Source of the DNA: Eledone cirrhosa | Lineage: Eukaryota | Reading direction: 5' to 3' | Length of the DNA stretch: 64,000 nt | NCBI GenBank assembly: GCA_964016885.1 | Contig: OZ024741.1 | Location: 252,154,001-252,218,000, forward strand | Shown: piece by piece, positions 24,501 through 37,419 of the stretch | Layout of the letters: every line of letters starts with the position of its first letter | Position numbering within the stretch: position 1 is the stretch's first letter | Made by a program: the position numbers and the translations under genes | The notes under the pieces: generated by a model | What the model saw: only the letters and a program-made list of their open reading frames with translations | Database searches by the model: none | What the model was told of the DNA's origin: nothing

Positions 24501-26200
24501 AATCAACACCTCCAACACCACCAACAACACCACCACCACCACCACCACCACAATCAACACCACCAACACCACCACCACCACCACCACAATCAACACCACC
24601 ACCACCACCACCACAATCAACACCATCAACACCGTCACCACCATCACCACAATCAACACCACCACCAACAACATCACCACCACCACCACCACAACCAACA
24701 CCACCAACACCACCAACACCACCAACACCACCACCACCACAATCAACACCACCAACACCACCAACACCACAACCAACACCACCAACACCACCACCACAAT
24801 CAACACCACCAACACCACCACCACCACAATCAACACCACCAACACCACTACCACCACAATCAACACTACCACCACCACCACAATCAACACCACCACCACC
24901 ATCACCACAATCAACACCACCACCACCAGCACCACCACCACCACAATCAACACCACCAACACCACCACTACCACAATCAACACTACCACCACCACCACCA
25001 CCACCACAATCAACACCACCACCACAATCAACACCACCACCACAATCAACACCACCACCACCACCACCACTGCCACCACAATCAACACCACCATCACCAC
25101 CACCACCACCACAATCAACACCACCAACACCACCACCACCACCACAATCAACACCACCAACACCATCACCACCACAATCAACACCACCAACAACACCACC
25201 ACCACCACAATCAACACTACCAACACCACCACCACCACAATCAACACCACCAACACCACCACCACAATCAACACCACCAACACCACCACCACCACAATCA
25301 ACACCACCAACACCACCACCACCACAATCAACACCACCAACACCACCACCACCACAATCAACACCACCAACAACATCACCACCACCACAATCAACACCAC
25401 CAACACTACCACTACCACAATCAACACCACCAACAACATCACCACTACCACAATCAACACCACCAACACCACCACCACCACCACAATCAACACCACCAAC
25501 ACCACCACCACCACAATCAACACCACCAACAACACCACCACCACCACAATCAACACTACCAACACCACCACCACCACAATCAACACCACCAACACCACCA
25601 CCACCACAATCAACACCACCAACACCACCACCACCACAATCAACACCACCAACACCACCACCACCACAATCAACACCACCAACACCACCACCACCACAAT
25701 CAACACCACCAACAACATCACCACCACCACAATCAACACCACCAACACCACCACTACCACAATCAACACCACCAACAACATCACCACTACCACAATCAAC
25801 ACCACCAACACCATCACCACCACAATCAACACCACCAACACCACCACCACAATCAACACCACCAACAACATTACCACCACCACAATCAACACCACCACAA
25901 TCAACACCACCAACAACATCACCACCACCACAATCAACACCACCACAATCAACACCACCAACAACATCACCACCACCACAATCAACACCACCAACACCAC
26001 CACTACCACAATCAACACCACCAACAACATCACCACTACCACAATCAACACCACCAACACCATCACCACCACAATCAACACCACCAACACCACCACCACC
26101 ACAATCAACACCACCACCAACACCACCACCACCACAATCAACACCACCAACACCACCACCACCACAATCAACACCACCACCAACACCACTACCACCACCA
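21560..26200. repeat. 4.6-kb ACC-rich compound micro/minisatellite
   Basis: Successive blocks of ACC-derived units (e.g. acaatcaacaccaccaacaccaccaccacc); the long ORFs here are artefacts. Confidence 0.95.
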
Positions 26201-27404
26201 TTATCATCTTCCTTATGATTTAATTGCTAAAATTATTGATTTCTTCAAACTGTTTTGTATGTCTGTCAGTTTAGTTTCTTCACCTGAGTGGTGGGGGTGG
26301 GTAGGTGGGTGAGGGGGTGGGGGTGTTGGAGAGTGTGGGAAGGTGATGGTGGTGAGGTGTTGGAGAGTGTGAGAAGGTGGTGGTGGTGGTGGTGGTGGTG
26401 GTGGTGGTGGTGGTGAGGTGTTGGAGAGTGTGGGAAGGTGGTGGTGGTGGTGGTGGTGTTGAGATGGAGACAAGAAGCAGTGACAAACAGACAGACAATA
26501 TGGGGGGGTGAGTGTGGAGGTGGGCTGGCAGTACTGGAGTGGCGGAAATACAGGCAGAAGGATGAGGAGGAGGGGGGGGGGATACCAGAGTGGCGGAAAT
26601 ACAGGCAGAATGAGGAGGGGGAGGAAGAGGAGGAAGAGGAAGGGTCTATCGAAAGACAACACGTGACTGACACCATGATTATGGCAACACTTTTATAACA
26701 GAAAAACAGAAAAACCAATAAAAAAGAAAGAGTATATAAATAAATAAATTAGAAAAAAAAATCCCCGGACATTTTACACCCAATAAATATATATTCAGTC
26801 TCAGAGACACAAAACCTCATTTCTTGTCCTTCACATTTTAATGTGTATAAATATAAATATATATATATACTGTATATACTTGTGTATAAGTTGCACTGGT
26901 AGATAAAGTCATATCTCAATTTTACATATATTTGTTGGTCAAGTAGATAAGTCGCATGCTTGTTTTTTCATATATATTCATAGAAAAGGTGCAACTTGTA
27001 CATGAGAATTCTTTACATAATACAAAAACCTTGGTGGTCGTGATGGGGGCAGGGGGGGGGGTATTGTTAAAATGATGTTGTGACTCTCATGCTTTGCCCT
27101 GTAGACTTCATACTCAATAAATATATATTCCTTTCATAAACAAATTTTTACACATTTAACTCTTTAGCATTTAAACCAGCCGTATCCAGCCAGAATTCTC
27201 TCATCCCTTTCTGTTCAAAGCAGTCATAACTGGCTGCTCATACTTATGTTATGGTATTGTTCTCAAAATAAATAATATCAAAATCTCCTAGATTCAATAT
27301 CATGTGAGATATTTATGTGAAATAAAGTGTTTGCAGTGAAAATACAATAGTATATATAGAGTAATGTAAATGCTAAATAGTTAGATGTGTATACTGTATA
27401 GTGA

Positions 27405-27650
27405 AGACACGTGATCTAGTAGTGGTTAGGATGTTAGACTTATGATCATAATGTCGTGGGTTTGATTCTTGGATCAGTTTGCAGGTTGTGTTCATCAGTA
27501 AAACACTTCATTTCATATTGTTCCACTTCACTCTGCTGAAAATTATTACCACCAGTTGTTGGGAGTTAACCTTGCAATTGACTAGCATCCTGTCCAGGGA
27601 AAGTATTGTACTCTCAGTTGCTTTACACCAATGAAAACTAGGATAAGACT
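27405..27650 (+). mobile_element. Old degenerate tRNA/CORE-type SINE
   Basis: tagtggttagg..ggtttgattc..aaaacacttcatttcatattgttccacttcactctgctg resembles the family-B head and body. Confidence 0.55.
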
Positions 27651-28334
27651 AACTTTTAACTATATACTTGTCTACAAGTCACACGTTTTTTTTTTTCACA
27701 TATTTTTATGGAAACTTGTATATAAGTATTTTTTACATAGTAGAAAAATCTTGGAGTGTTGGTTGGTTGTGTGTGGGAGATGGGGGTAGCTGGAATGATG
27801 TTGTGAGCCTGATGCTTTGCTCTGGACACTTTACACTTGATAAATATATATATCTTACATGGAATGAAAATCTTTGAGTTCCATGTATGTTCTAGTTGTC
27901 AGACCTTATACAGAATATTTTGCACTCATGAATATACATTTCTTACATAGAAACAAAATCTGGTGAAATGAGTAGTTCATGTGTTTTTGATTAATTCCTG
28001 TTTTATTTGAGTGGTTTGACAGAAGGGGCAGAGCCCATAGACATAACAATCCTTCCGAAACTGCTGTGATTAATACTGTTGATGTTATACTGAAACTGTT
28101 GCATGTCTACATCTGTAAGATTGACATGAGCAGCGAAAGAGTTCTAGAGATTCGTGGTTTGGGGCAGGGAGGAATGGGCAAAGAGGATAGTGCAGAGTCT
28201 AAGAGAATGGGTTGGATACAGAATGGGTGATGAGAAGAGGGGAGATAAATGCTTTGCGAGTATTTGTGTGAAGAAAGAAACATGAGGCAAAAAAAGGGAG
28301 AAAATTGTATAGATATGTCAGTAGCAGTTGAGAA

Positions 28335-28384
28335 CAGCAGACAGAACTGTTTCAAGATTTATTAATCACTCATCAGTGACACTG
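28335..28384 (-). ncRNA. Solitary type I hammerhead ribozyme motif
   Basis: Minus strand: cag(tgt)ca CTGATGA gt gatt-aata-aatc tt GAAA cag-tt-ct GTC tgctg; intact core and GUC triplet, weak stem I. Confidence 0.55.
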
Positions 28385-28558
28385 ATACTGACAGGATAAC
28401 AGACAAGTATCTATATAGATTTTGTGAGATGAACATTAGCTGGGGATACTCATTTGCATATAGCAAATAGAAAAAAACATTGGCTGAAAATGCTGATCTA
28501 TGTGTGTGTTTACGTGTATGCGTGTGTGTGTGTGTGTGTGTGTGAGTGTGTGTACATA

Positions 28559-28615
<57 letters not shown>

Positions 28616-29068
28616 GGAGAAAAGAAAGAGTGATCAATAGACAGATACAACAATAATGAATATGAAGGCTTGATTTCCATAATTCATTTCATCATATAAT
28701 TTGCTGATGTATGGCTTTTTGTGGACTTATTTTTGATATTGCTATTTGTCTCTAAATGTGTCAATAATAGCATAATGGTATCATTGTGTATTACAGACTA
28801 ACATCACAGAAATGCGCATAACAGTCAATTACATAATAAAAGGAATTATGGAAATCTAGTCTATATATTCATTATTATTGTACATATATTTTATCGTGTA
28901 CTACACAGGTTATCTCACATCACAATTGGAAAGATGCATGCAATATTGTGTGCTTTATCCTGTCTACACTATTATTTACTGATTGGAGTGATGTAAACAT
29001 AACCCCAACTACTAATTAATTAACATTTAATATTACAATATATTTGTGTGTGTGTCGATGTGCATGTG

Positions 29069-29114
<46 letters not shown>

Positions 29115-29117
<3 letters not shown>

Positions 29118-29293
29118 TAGGTAAATGTGGTTGGTGCTAGAAAGGGCATCCAGCTGCAAAAGCCAATGGCCAAATTTACAGTCCCAAATTTATGTGGCCA
29201 ATTCTGGCCAGACTTGTCTCTTGACATGGACAACTCATTTGACCCATGCAAGCATGGAAAATGGATGTTAAACAGTGATGATGATGATGATGA
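29115..29293 (+). mobile_element. SINE/RTE-tail fragment with (GAT)n tail
   Basis: ggttggtgctagaaagggcatccagctg..cccatgcaagcatggaaaatggatgttaaac; relative at 34258-34500 (-). Confidence 0.7.
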
Positions 29294-29883
29294 TATATAT
29301 ATATATATATATCAGAAGTGTTACCATGAAACATTGTGTGATGTGTAATAAATGATAGGAACTTCAGAAATGGTAGAAATATTTATATAAAGATGGTATT
29401 AGGGTAAAGAGTGACAAATAAAACTAAACAAAATAATGTTTTTTACCCAGTATATTTCATCAAAATATTTCAAGGTAAAAAACTTCTTTTCAAATAAAAA
29501 ACGAAAAACAATGCATCCTTCTCAACAGATCTTTCCTATGTTGTGTGCATGGATTGTGTATGCCTGAAGAAGTCATAAAAGCCACTCATGAGATATAACA
29601 ATAATGAAAATTATTGTGTACAGTACTCAGATGCACTACAACTCATCAAAGGTGCATGTATAGTACATAGAATAATGTACAAATGTCAAGAAAGTGAACA
29701 ATGTATGAGTCATGATATACACATAGATACATACATGCATTTCTATGGAGGTGGAATATCAGGTGCAGTGTTGGCGAATTTCAGGAAACATGGAAATTTT
29801 GAAGGATTTTAATCAACACAACAGAAGACATTTGCTCAAAGTGCCACTCAGTGGAACTGAAGCTAGTTTTTGTGTTTTTATTA

Positions 29884-30186
29884 TACTAGAATTTCTTTCC
29901 ATACACTGATGCATATATGTGTGCATGTGTGTGCATGTGTATGTGCATTGTGTGTGCATGTGTGTGTGTGCATATGCATACATTTATATGTATATGTACA
30001 TGAATATAAACGTACAAACACAGACACACAAAAGTAGACACTCAGACATACATTCACACAAACACACACACATATTCACACAAACACATACACATATACA
30101 CAGCATAACAAATGGAATGCCAGCTACTTTTTTGCTATAGTTTTTTTTTTACACACCCCTCCTTCCTTTTACACACACATACATTC
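29884..30186. repeat. Dispersed ~300-bp repeat with an inverted diverged copy at ~36170-36452
   Basis: Shared ctagaattt..cagctacttttttgctatagttttt..ccttccttttacacac. Confidence 0.6.
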
Positions 30187-30455
30187 ATGCAGGCATCAGA
30201 CGTAAAGAGAGAGAAGTAGTAGGAGGTAGTCAAACTACTCCTCTCTCTTTACGTGTTGTGATAGAAACACAGAAATTTATATATAGATATATATCTTTTC
30301 TCATGACTGCATTGATGATGAATAATAAGGATGTCCTGTTCAGATGTTTGATCTACCCTGATTAATGACACGCCAACAAACAGTATTATATTATTTAAGG
30401 AGTGAACTATGTGTCAGTAAAATATAAAAAATACACCTCACCTTCTCCTGTATAA

Positions 30456-30505
<50 letters not shown>

Positions 30506-30867
30506 TCATATATATATATATATATGTCTATACATGCACATATACATATATACATATGTATATGTCTATACACACACATATACATATATACATTACGGCT
30601 CTGTCCTCAGACATTGAGCTAACCTCATACTGCCTGCTGGATAAGTGGAGTGTTATACACCCCTGATCCTTTCCCTAGCATACATATATACATATGTATA
30701 TGTCTATACACACACATATACATATATACATATATAGTTGTACAAGAGTGTTGTTTATCTTAGTTGTTACGTAGTAACTTCCTGATGATAAGCAGGTCCT
30801 AGTGATCCAAAGCACTACACATCAGTAGTTTATCCCAGGTAGGTGATATTGAGTGCTGGAATATTAA

Positions 30868-31283
30868 TTTATCAAATAATTGTTTCTACTTTAGGCACAA
30901 GGCCAGCAATTACCCCAGTGCATTACTGGTACTTTATTTTCATCGACCCCGTAAGGATGAAAGGCAAAGTTAACCTCGGCGGGATTTGAACTCAGAATGG
31001 AAAGGGGCGTAACTCTATGCTTCAAAGCATGGCGTCCAACCTTCTACTGAGACTGTCAATCCACCGATCAATTTATCAAATAATTGTTTCTACTTTAGGC
31101 ACAAGGCCAGCAATTACCCAGTACATTACTGGTACTTTATTTTATCGACCCCGTAAGGATGAAAGGCAAAGTTAACCTCGGCGGGATTTGAACTCAGAGT
31201 GTAAAGGGACATAACTATGCTAGAAAACATGGCGTCCAACCCTCTACCGATACTGCCAATTCACCGCCCCTTTATCAAATAAT
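30868..31283 (-). mobile_element. Two family-A SINEs in tandem, flanked and separated by three copies of a 13-bp TSD
   Basis: tttatcaaataat at 30868-30880, 31072-31084 and 31271-31283. Confidence 0.85.
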
Positions 31284-31624
31284 GGTAGTTAAGATGGGGT
31301 TAAATCACCATAATTGTTTATTGCATTATATACATTTCTGTTACATGGTTACCACAGGATGGATGTGCATGGCCACCGGCATATGATAATGATTGCATAA
31401 CTGCACCAATGACTGCGTAAGCATCTGATGAAGTCACATGAATAACCATGTAACAGTTCATTTCACATTGCTCGAGTCCACTCAGCTGGCAAAAATGAGT
31501 TGTGCCTGTAATTCAAAGAGCCATGACTTGTCCCATTCTGTTAACACTTCAGATACAGGCTGTGTATGTCACTATTGATGTGGAAACTTCTAGTGCCAAT
31601 TAGAATTTTTCAGGTTTTAACATA

Positions 31625-32235
31625 AATGACTTTGCATCCAGTCAAGTAGTCCAAATGTTAGTATTAGTACAGGTTCAGCAAACACATTGTGGGCCACTGA
31701 TTTATTGTTATTGTATGCAGAGTATTCTGAAGACAATATATCTTTCTTTTCCAATTGTTACATTCTTTGGTTACTTATTCCTTGCTACAAATTCCATCAT
31801 AGGATATAATTTCATCTATCTCTAAATATCTGTAGTATCCCTTGTCAAATACCAGTGAAACAGTCAAACCATTGATAGAGGTGTTGCTATATTGATTTGT
31901 AGATTTTCTTTGCTTTACAATCTTGTAGGGACATTTATCATAGCCAAACTCCATCCCTATGTTTTTCAAGAATGTTGTAACCTGGTCAATGTTCTCTATA
32001 TACACTTTCAGATCATTCACAAAGACGATATATGTTAGGCTAGTATTTCTTGCCTCCTATGAACCAAATACATACCCTTCATATTTCCTCAGTATAAAGG
32101 CTGTAAGTATGCATGTATATTGCTGTCCTTTCAATTACTGACCAGCTTATTTTGATGCTTTTTATGTGCTTATATTTTAGGCTCCATATATACTTTGTCA
32201 TGCTTTGCCATTTCTGTACCCAGAGTGTCATAATG
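31625..32235 (-). pseudogene. Highly decayed R4/NeSL-type RT fragment
   Basis: FVNDLKVY..IGMEFGYDKC..YRYLEIDE is similar to ORF 17055..18245. Confidence 0.7.
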
Positions 32236-34256
32236 AGAATATATGTGGAGTGTATCAGCTTTTGAATGTATTGGTTATAAGTCAGGTAAAATTCCTATCC
32301 ACAGTATAAGTATGCAAATGCTTATAACAAAACTTCTAGAGAGATCTAGAAGTTTTGTTATAATTATGTTGAAAGTTAGGCCTGTTTTTTTATTGGGATT
32401 ATGTTTTTTATTTATGTTTGTATTTATGTTTATGTTTGTACTTTTGGGATTAGTATTTGGATTTTTGTTTGCATATATGTTTGTACTTGTATTTATATAC
32501 GTATTAGTGTTTGTATATGTATCAATGTCTTTGTATTTGTGTTTGCATTTGTATATATATTTGCATGTATATTTGTGTATGTATATATATATTTGCATGT
32601 ATATTTGTGTATGTATATATATTTAAGTGCATTGGTGGGCGTGAGGTATGATTAAGGTGATAAGGGGTGAACATGTGGGTTTTGATCTCTGTGCCAATTT
32701 ACCATCATAAAAATCATTTGGTAGTTATTAAAGCATCAGACAAAATGCTTTGCAGTATTTAGGTTCTGTGTTCAAATCCTGCTGAGACCAAATTTCCCTT
32801 TTAACCTTTAAGAGGTCAATAAATTAAAATACCAACAAGTACTGGGGTCGATTTATTTGAGTTTCCTCTCACTCAAATTACTAGTCATGTGCCTATATTG
32901 AAATCCCATGGTCATTCATGACCAAAGGAGGTCATTAAATGGGTCCATGCATACATATATCTAGGAAGGCAAACGACTACATAGAAACTTCTTTATTGAC
33001 TGTAAAATGTTTGTTTTGGTGCTATGACAAAATGCCCAGTCTGCCATGTAAAGTGGTCATGTTGATGTCTTGATAAAAAGATGAGGGGGGGGGGGGGGGG
33101 GGAATATGCATCAAATTGTCTGGAGAAAGTTTTTGTACAAGACTTGTGTCCAACACAGACCTTATTCATGCTTCAGAGAGTTCCTATTCAACATTTGAAC
33201 CATTTGATTTTCATTGCATGTCACACTCTGTAGAAAATGCACCACTTCTACTAAACCACATTCAGCATTCACTTAAATCTGAACTCAGCTTTCAGGGAAG
33301 TTAATATATTTGGGTTGGTTTCTGATAAAGAGACACATACTTCCCAGTAGATGGACCACATTTAGTACCCAATTATATTTACACATCTTGTAGACTACAT
33401 TTTATGATATTTTACACTCATTAACATTGGATTAGGAAGTTATATGGTTTTTGCATTTGAACCAACTGTACATCACTTAAGGCTACTATCTGCTACCATA
33501 ACCTTAGATTGACAAATTCATTGAGAGTGGAATTTGGTAGATGAAAATAGTGTGTATGCTAATCATAAGTATGCATGTATGTATGTATGTATATACATAA
33601 ACATATATATCATCATCATCACCGTCGTCATTTTAAAGTATGCTTCCTCTGCTAACACACACATACACACACATATATCTATCTATCTATCTATCTATAT
33701 TATATATATATATATATATAATATATATTTTTATACACTAGCAGATTGAAAAGTAGCTAAATGTACCAGAATTGTTCTTAATGAAGGCATATTCAGTTTA
33801 ATAGAAATTATTCCTCTTGAAAAGTTAGCATTTCTGTAAGAAGTTAATTTTTTTCCTAAAGGTTTATAACATTCTGGTGTTTAATGCACTGTGCTACAGA
33901 TACCATTCAATATGAATAGTATGATTCATAATTCAATTGTGGAAATGTAATATAGTTAATTTACACAAATTAAATAAGAACTCAGGCTCAAGGGAAAATG
34001 AAAATAGTTTTAATTAATTTGTTTATTTTCTTGAAATTCTTTGATTCTAAAAATAATTTTGAGAATTAGTAGAAACTGAAGTATTCAGAGGTAAACCACA
34101 AAAATAAAATGATTTTTTTATAAAATGTGGAAACCAGAGTTCCTAGAAAATATCTGAAACTTTGGAACTTTGGAACTATTCAGGAACAATATTGAAACAA
34201 TAAAGAAATGATATCAATATTTGTGATGAACCCTAGCTTTCTGTCATCAGATCTGT

Positions 34257-34318
<62 letters not shown>

Positions 34319-37300
34319 CCACCATCACTGTCTAACATCCGTTTTCCATGCTTGCATGAGTTAGATGGGTTGTCCATGTCATGAGACAAGTCTGACCAGA
34401 CTGACTGCGCCATACCTTGCTCAGACAGAACTGTAAATTTGGCCGGGATTTTTAAAGCTGGATGCCCTTCCTAAGACCTACTACATTTACCGTGTGAAAC
34501 TGGATGACACAGTTATGAGAAGGGACAAGCCAGTTGGCTGCGCCATACCCTGCTCATAGTGGAACCGGTTTGGGAGCCGCAACCACAGACTTTGGAATTC
34601 TGAACAGTGATGAGGAAGTACCTCAAAATGTACACCGCTTGGTTTTACCAGCAGGGGCATAAATAAATTGATCTGAGCATCCTATATAAAATTGGCTATG
34701 AGAAAAGCAAGATTCCTGCCCATCTATCCCTGTTGTCCTCACAGCTCACTCATGTTTGGTACCAGATGACTTACTAAGTGTAGGACATCTTTTCTATGGA
34801 AGCATCATTAATAAAAAAAAAATAATTTTAGGTTACAAAGAAACTTTAAAAAATATAAATTTAGATAGAAATGCAATTGCAAGGTAAAAGAAAAACACAA
34901 ATATAAGCACTGAGTATCTCATTCAAGTTATAGAGGCTCAATTTAAACAGACTGTACAGATTAGCAGTTAAAACTAACTGAAAAAATGGGAGAAAGACAG
35001 AGTGTAAGAGATAGAAAGGGTAAGAGAAAAGAAAGGCAAAATAAGATTTCTGAATGTAAAGAGCCACAACAAATACCTCAAAGAATGTTCTGTTGTTGAT
35101 GTAAAAAAAAATACAAACACAATTTTAAGTTAAGGAGAAATGAATTAGACGGAGAGAGACTAAAGGCAAAGAATGAACAATAGAGGAACAGGCATGGGAG
35201 TTGAAGTAAGAGGTAGTAAGAACATAAGAAAAAGAGAGACAAGGAGAGTGGCAATAAGAGGCAGAGTAGTAAAACCACTTTAATTCAGCACTGTGGTGAC
35301 AGCAGAGAAGCAGGTGATAGCTACAGGTCAAAGGAAGTGGGTTATGACCACATACAAAAGAAAAAGAAGAGGAAGGAAAGAAAAGTATGATGAGGTATAG
35401 GAAAAGGTGTTTAATGTTTTAGGGTAGAGGAGATGGAACATACAGAGAGAGAGAGATATTTAGAAATATATAATATATTGCAGCCCTGTTTTTGAGAAAT
35501 TCTTAATACATTTGTAAAAAGAATAAACAGTTAACCAGAAATTTAATGAAAAATATATATTTAGTTTAATGTCTCAAGTAAAGGGTACAGCATATTTTAT
35601 GCTTCCATAATAAAGATAAATTCAACCTCAACAAGATTCAAATTCATAAGGAGGCCTTTGAGTAATAAAAGAAATAAAAATAATTATTTCTACCTTTGGC
35701 ACAAGGCCAACAATTGTCCCAGTGCATTACTGGTACTTTATTTTATTGACCCCGTAAGGATGAAAGGCAAAGTTAACCTTGGCAGGATTTGAACTCAGAC
35801 CATAAAGGGGCATAACTTTTTTGGTCTGAGAAACAAAAATAATAGCAGCAAAATTATCAAGAGTCAATGCATACTTGGTTTGAACCAAGGACCAGCTGAG
35901 AATTAACAAGTTGCTCAACACAACTGAGGCAAAATGCCTTGTTCCTTGAAATTTTTTTTATTTTACATATATTAATACAATGAGAAATTTCAGTCAAATT
36001 TTAAGTAGAGTGTCGTTAGATATGTACACTGAGTCAAGGCATTTGACTAAAACACACTGCCTATATCTTATATGTACGCATGAAGCTGTTGTAAATTATT
36101 TCATCTTTATATGAATTTAAGTGACTTCCGTCCATCACACAATGTGTGTGTGTGTGTGTGTGTGTTTGTGTGAATGTGTGAATTCATGCGTGTGTAAAAG
36201 GAAGGAAAGGAATGGTGAAAAAACTATAGCAAAACAGCTGCCAATGTTCTATTTGCTATGCTGTGTGTCAGTGTATGCTTATGTGTGTGTTTGTGGGAAT
36301 GTATGTGTATTTGTGTGAATGTATGTCTCTGAGTGTGTATTTTTGTGTGTTTGTGTTTGTGCATTTATATTTATATACTCATACATATATACATTTACAT
36401 ATTTACACATATACGCATATGCGTCAGCATGTTGAAAAAAAATTCTAGTAATATAAAAAGGAGACAGTTAACCAGTGATTTAACTTGAACTATATTCAAT
36501 TTAATAGTTCAAAATTAAAATTATTTAAACTCCCTTATATGTTTACATAATAAAGATAAAATTGATCCCAACAGGAATTCAACTTATAACTTAATGGTGT
36601 GTATCATGATTCATCATCACTGTGTAATGTCTGTTTTTCTATGTTTTGGCTGGGATTTTATAGTTTCAGGATGCCCTTCCTGACACCAACTCCATTTACT
36701 GTGCGGAACTATGCGGTCCCTTTATGAGGCACATCTGGCCAGTTGGCCATACATGTATATAGGAACAATAGAGGAATAAAAAGAATGAAAGAAATCAAAA
36801 GGTGACCAGTACAGCAATCAAATCTATCAGATTCACATTATTAATACAGTACTGTAACTGTGCTAACCAGCTTTTCTCTAGTATGGCATTTGAAATTAAA
36901 GAGTATATGGGAAACACACACAAACAGATATATATATATATATATCTGACGGCAGAGCTCAAGCCGTTTCGATATTTTCCTATTACCCACTCTACTACCC
37001 TAAGTATTGAGTGCTCTAATGTGTTATGGTCCATCTGGTTCCTTACCGCACTTCCTTCGTTATATATATATATAGTAATAATAATTACGAAGACCAAAAT
37101 CCGAAGAGGGCTCCATAAGGATTGTATATATATATATATATTGTTATACTTTGGGAGGGTCATGTTGCCAATATCGGTTTCAACACACGTTTTCAGATAA
37201 AGAATCTTGCTAAACAAATTCAGAAACGAAATATATATATATAAAATATATATAATATATATATATATAAATATATATAAATATATATATATAAAATTAA

Positions 37301-37419
37301 AAAAAGTATATATAAACCTGTAGAGCAAATATTTATTATTAGTACAGATTAAAGTTTAAGCAAAGAATCTTTACTTTCACCCTATTACGGGATCTTCTGA
37401 AACTTATATATATATATAT

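Noticed and set aside
19404-26312. Long ORFs rich in Thr, Pro, His, Val or Gly (up to 822 aa) resembling mucins or extensins
   Set aside because: They are open in several frames and on both strands only because ACC/GGT repeats lack stop codons; no signal peptide or unique domain.
29545-29640. CTGAAGA..GAAA hammerhead-like string
   Set aside because: The GAAA half belongs to the reverse-complemented tail of a different element (compare 38790-38850), and stem II does not form.
30775-30825. Isolated CTGATGA (also CTGAGGA at ~8588)
   Set aside because: No correctly placed GAAA, NUH triplet or helices.
34225-34256. CTGATGA-ca-GAAA-gc-TA on the minus strand
   Set aside because: No stem II and no stem I pairing.
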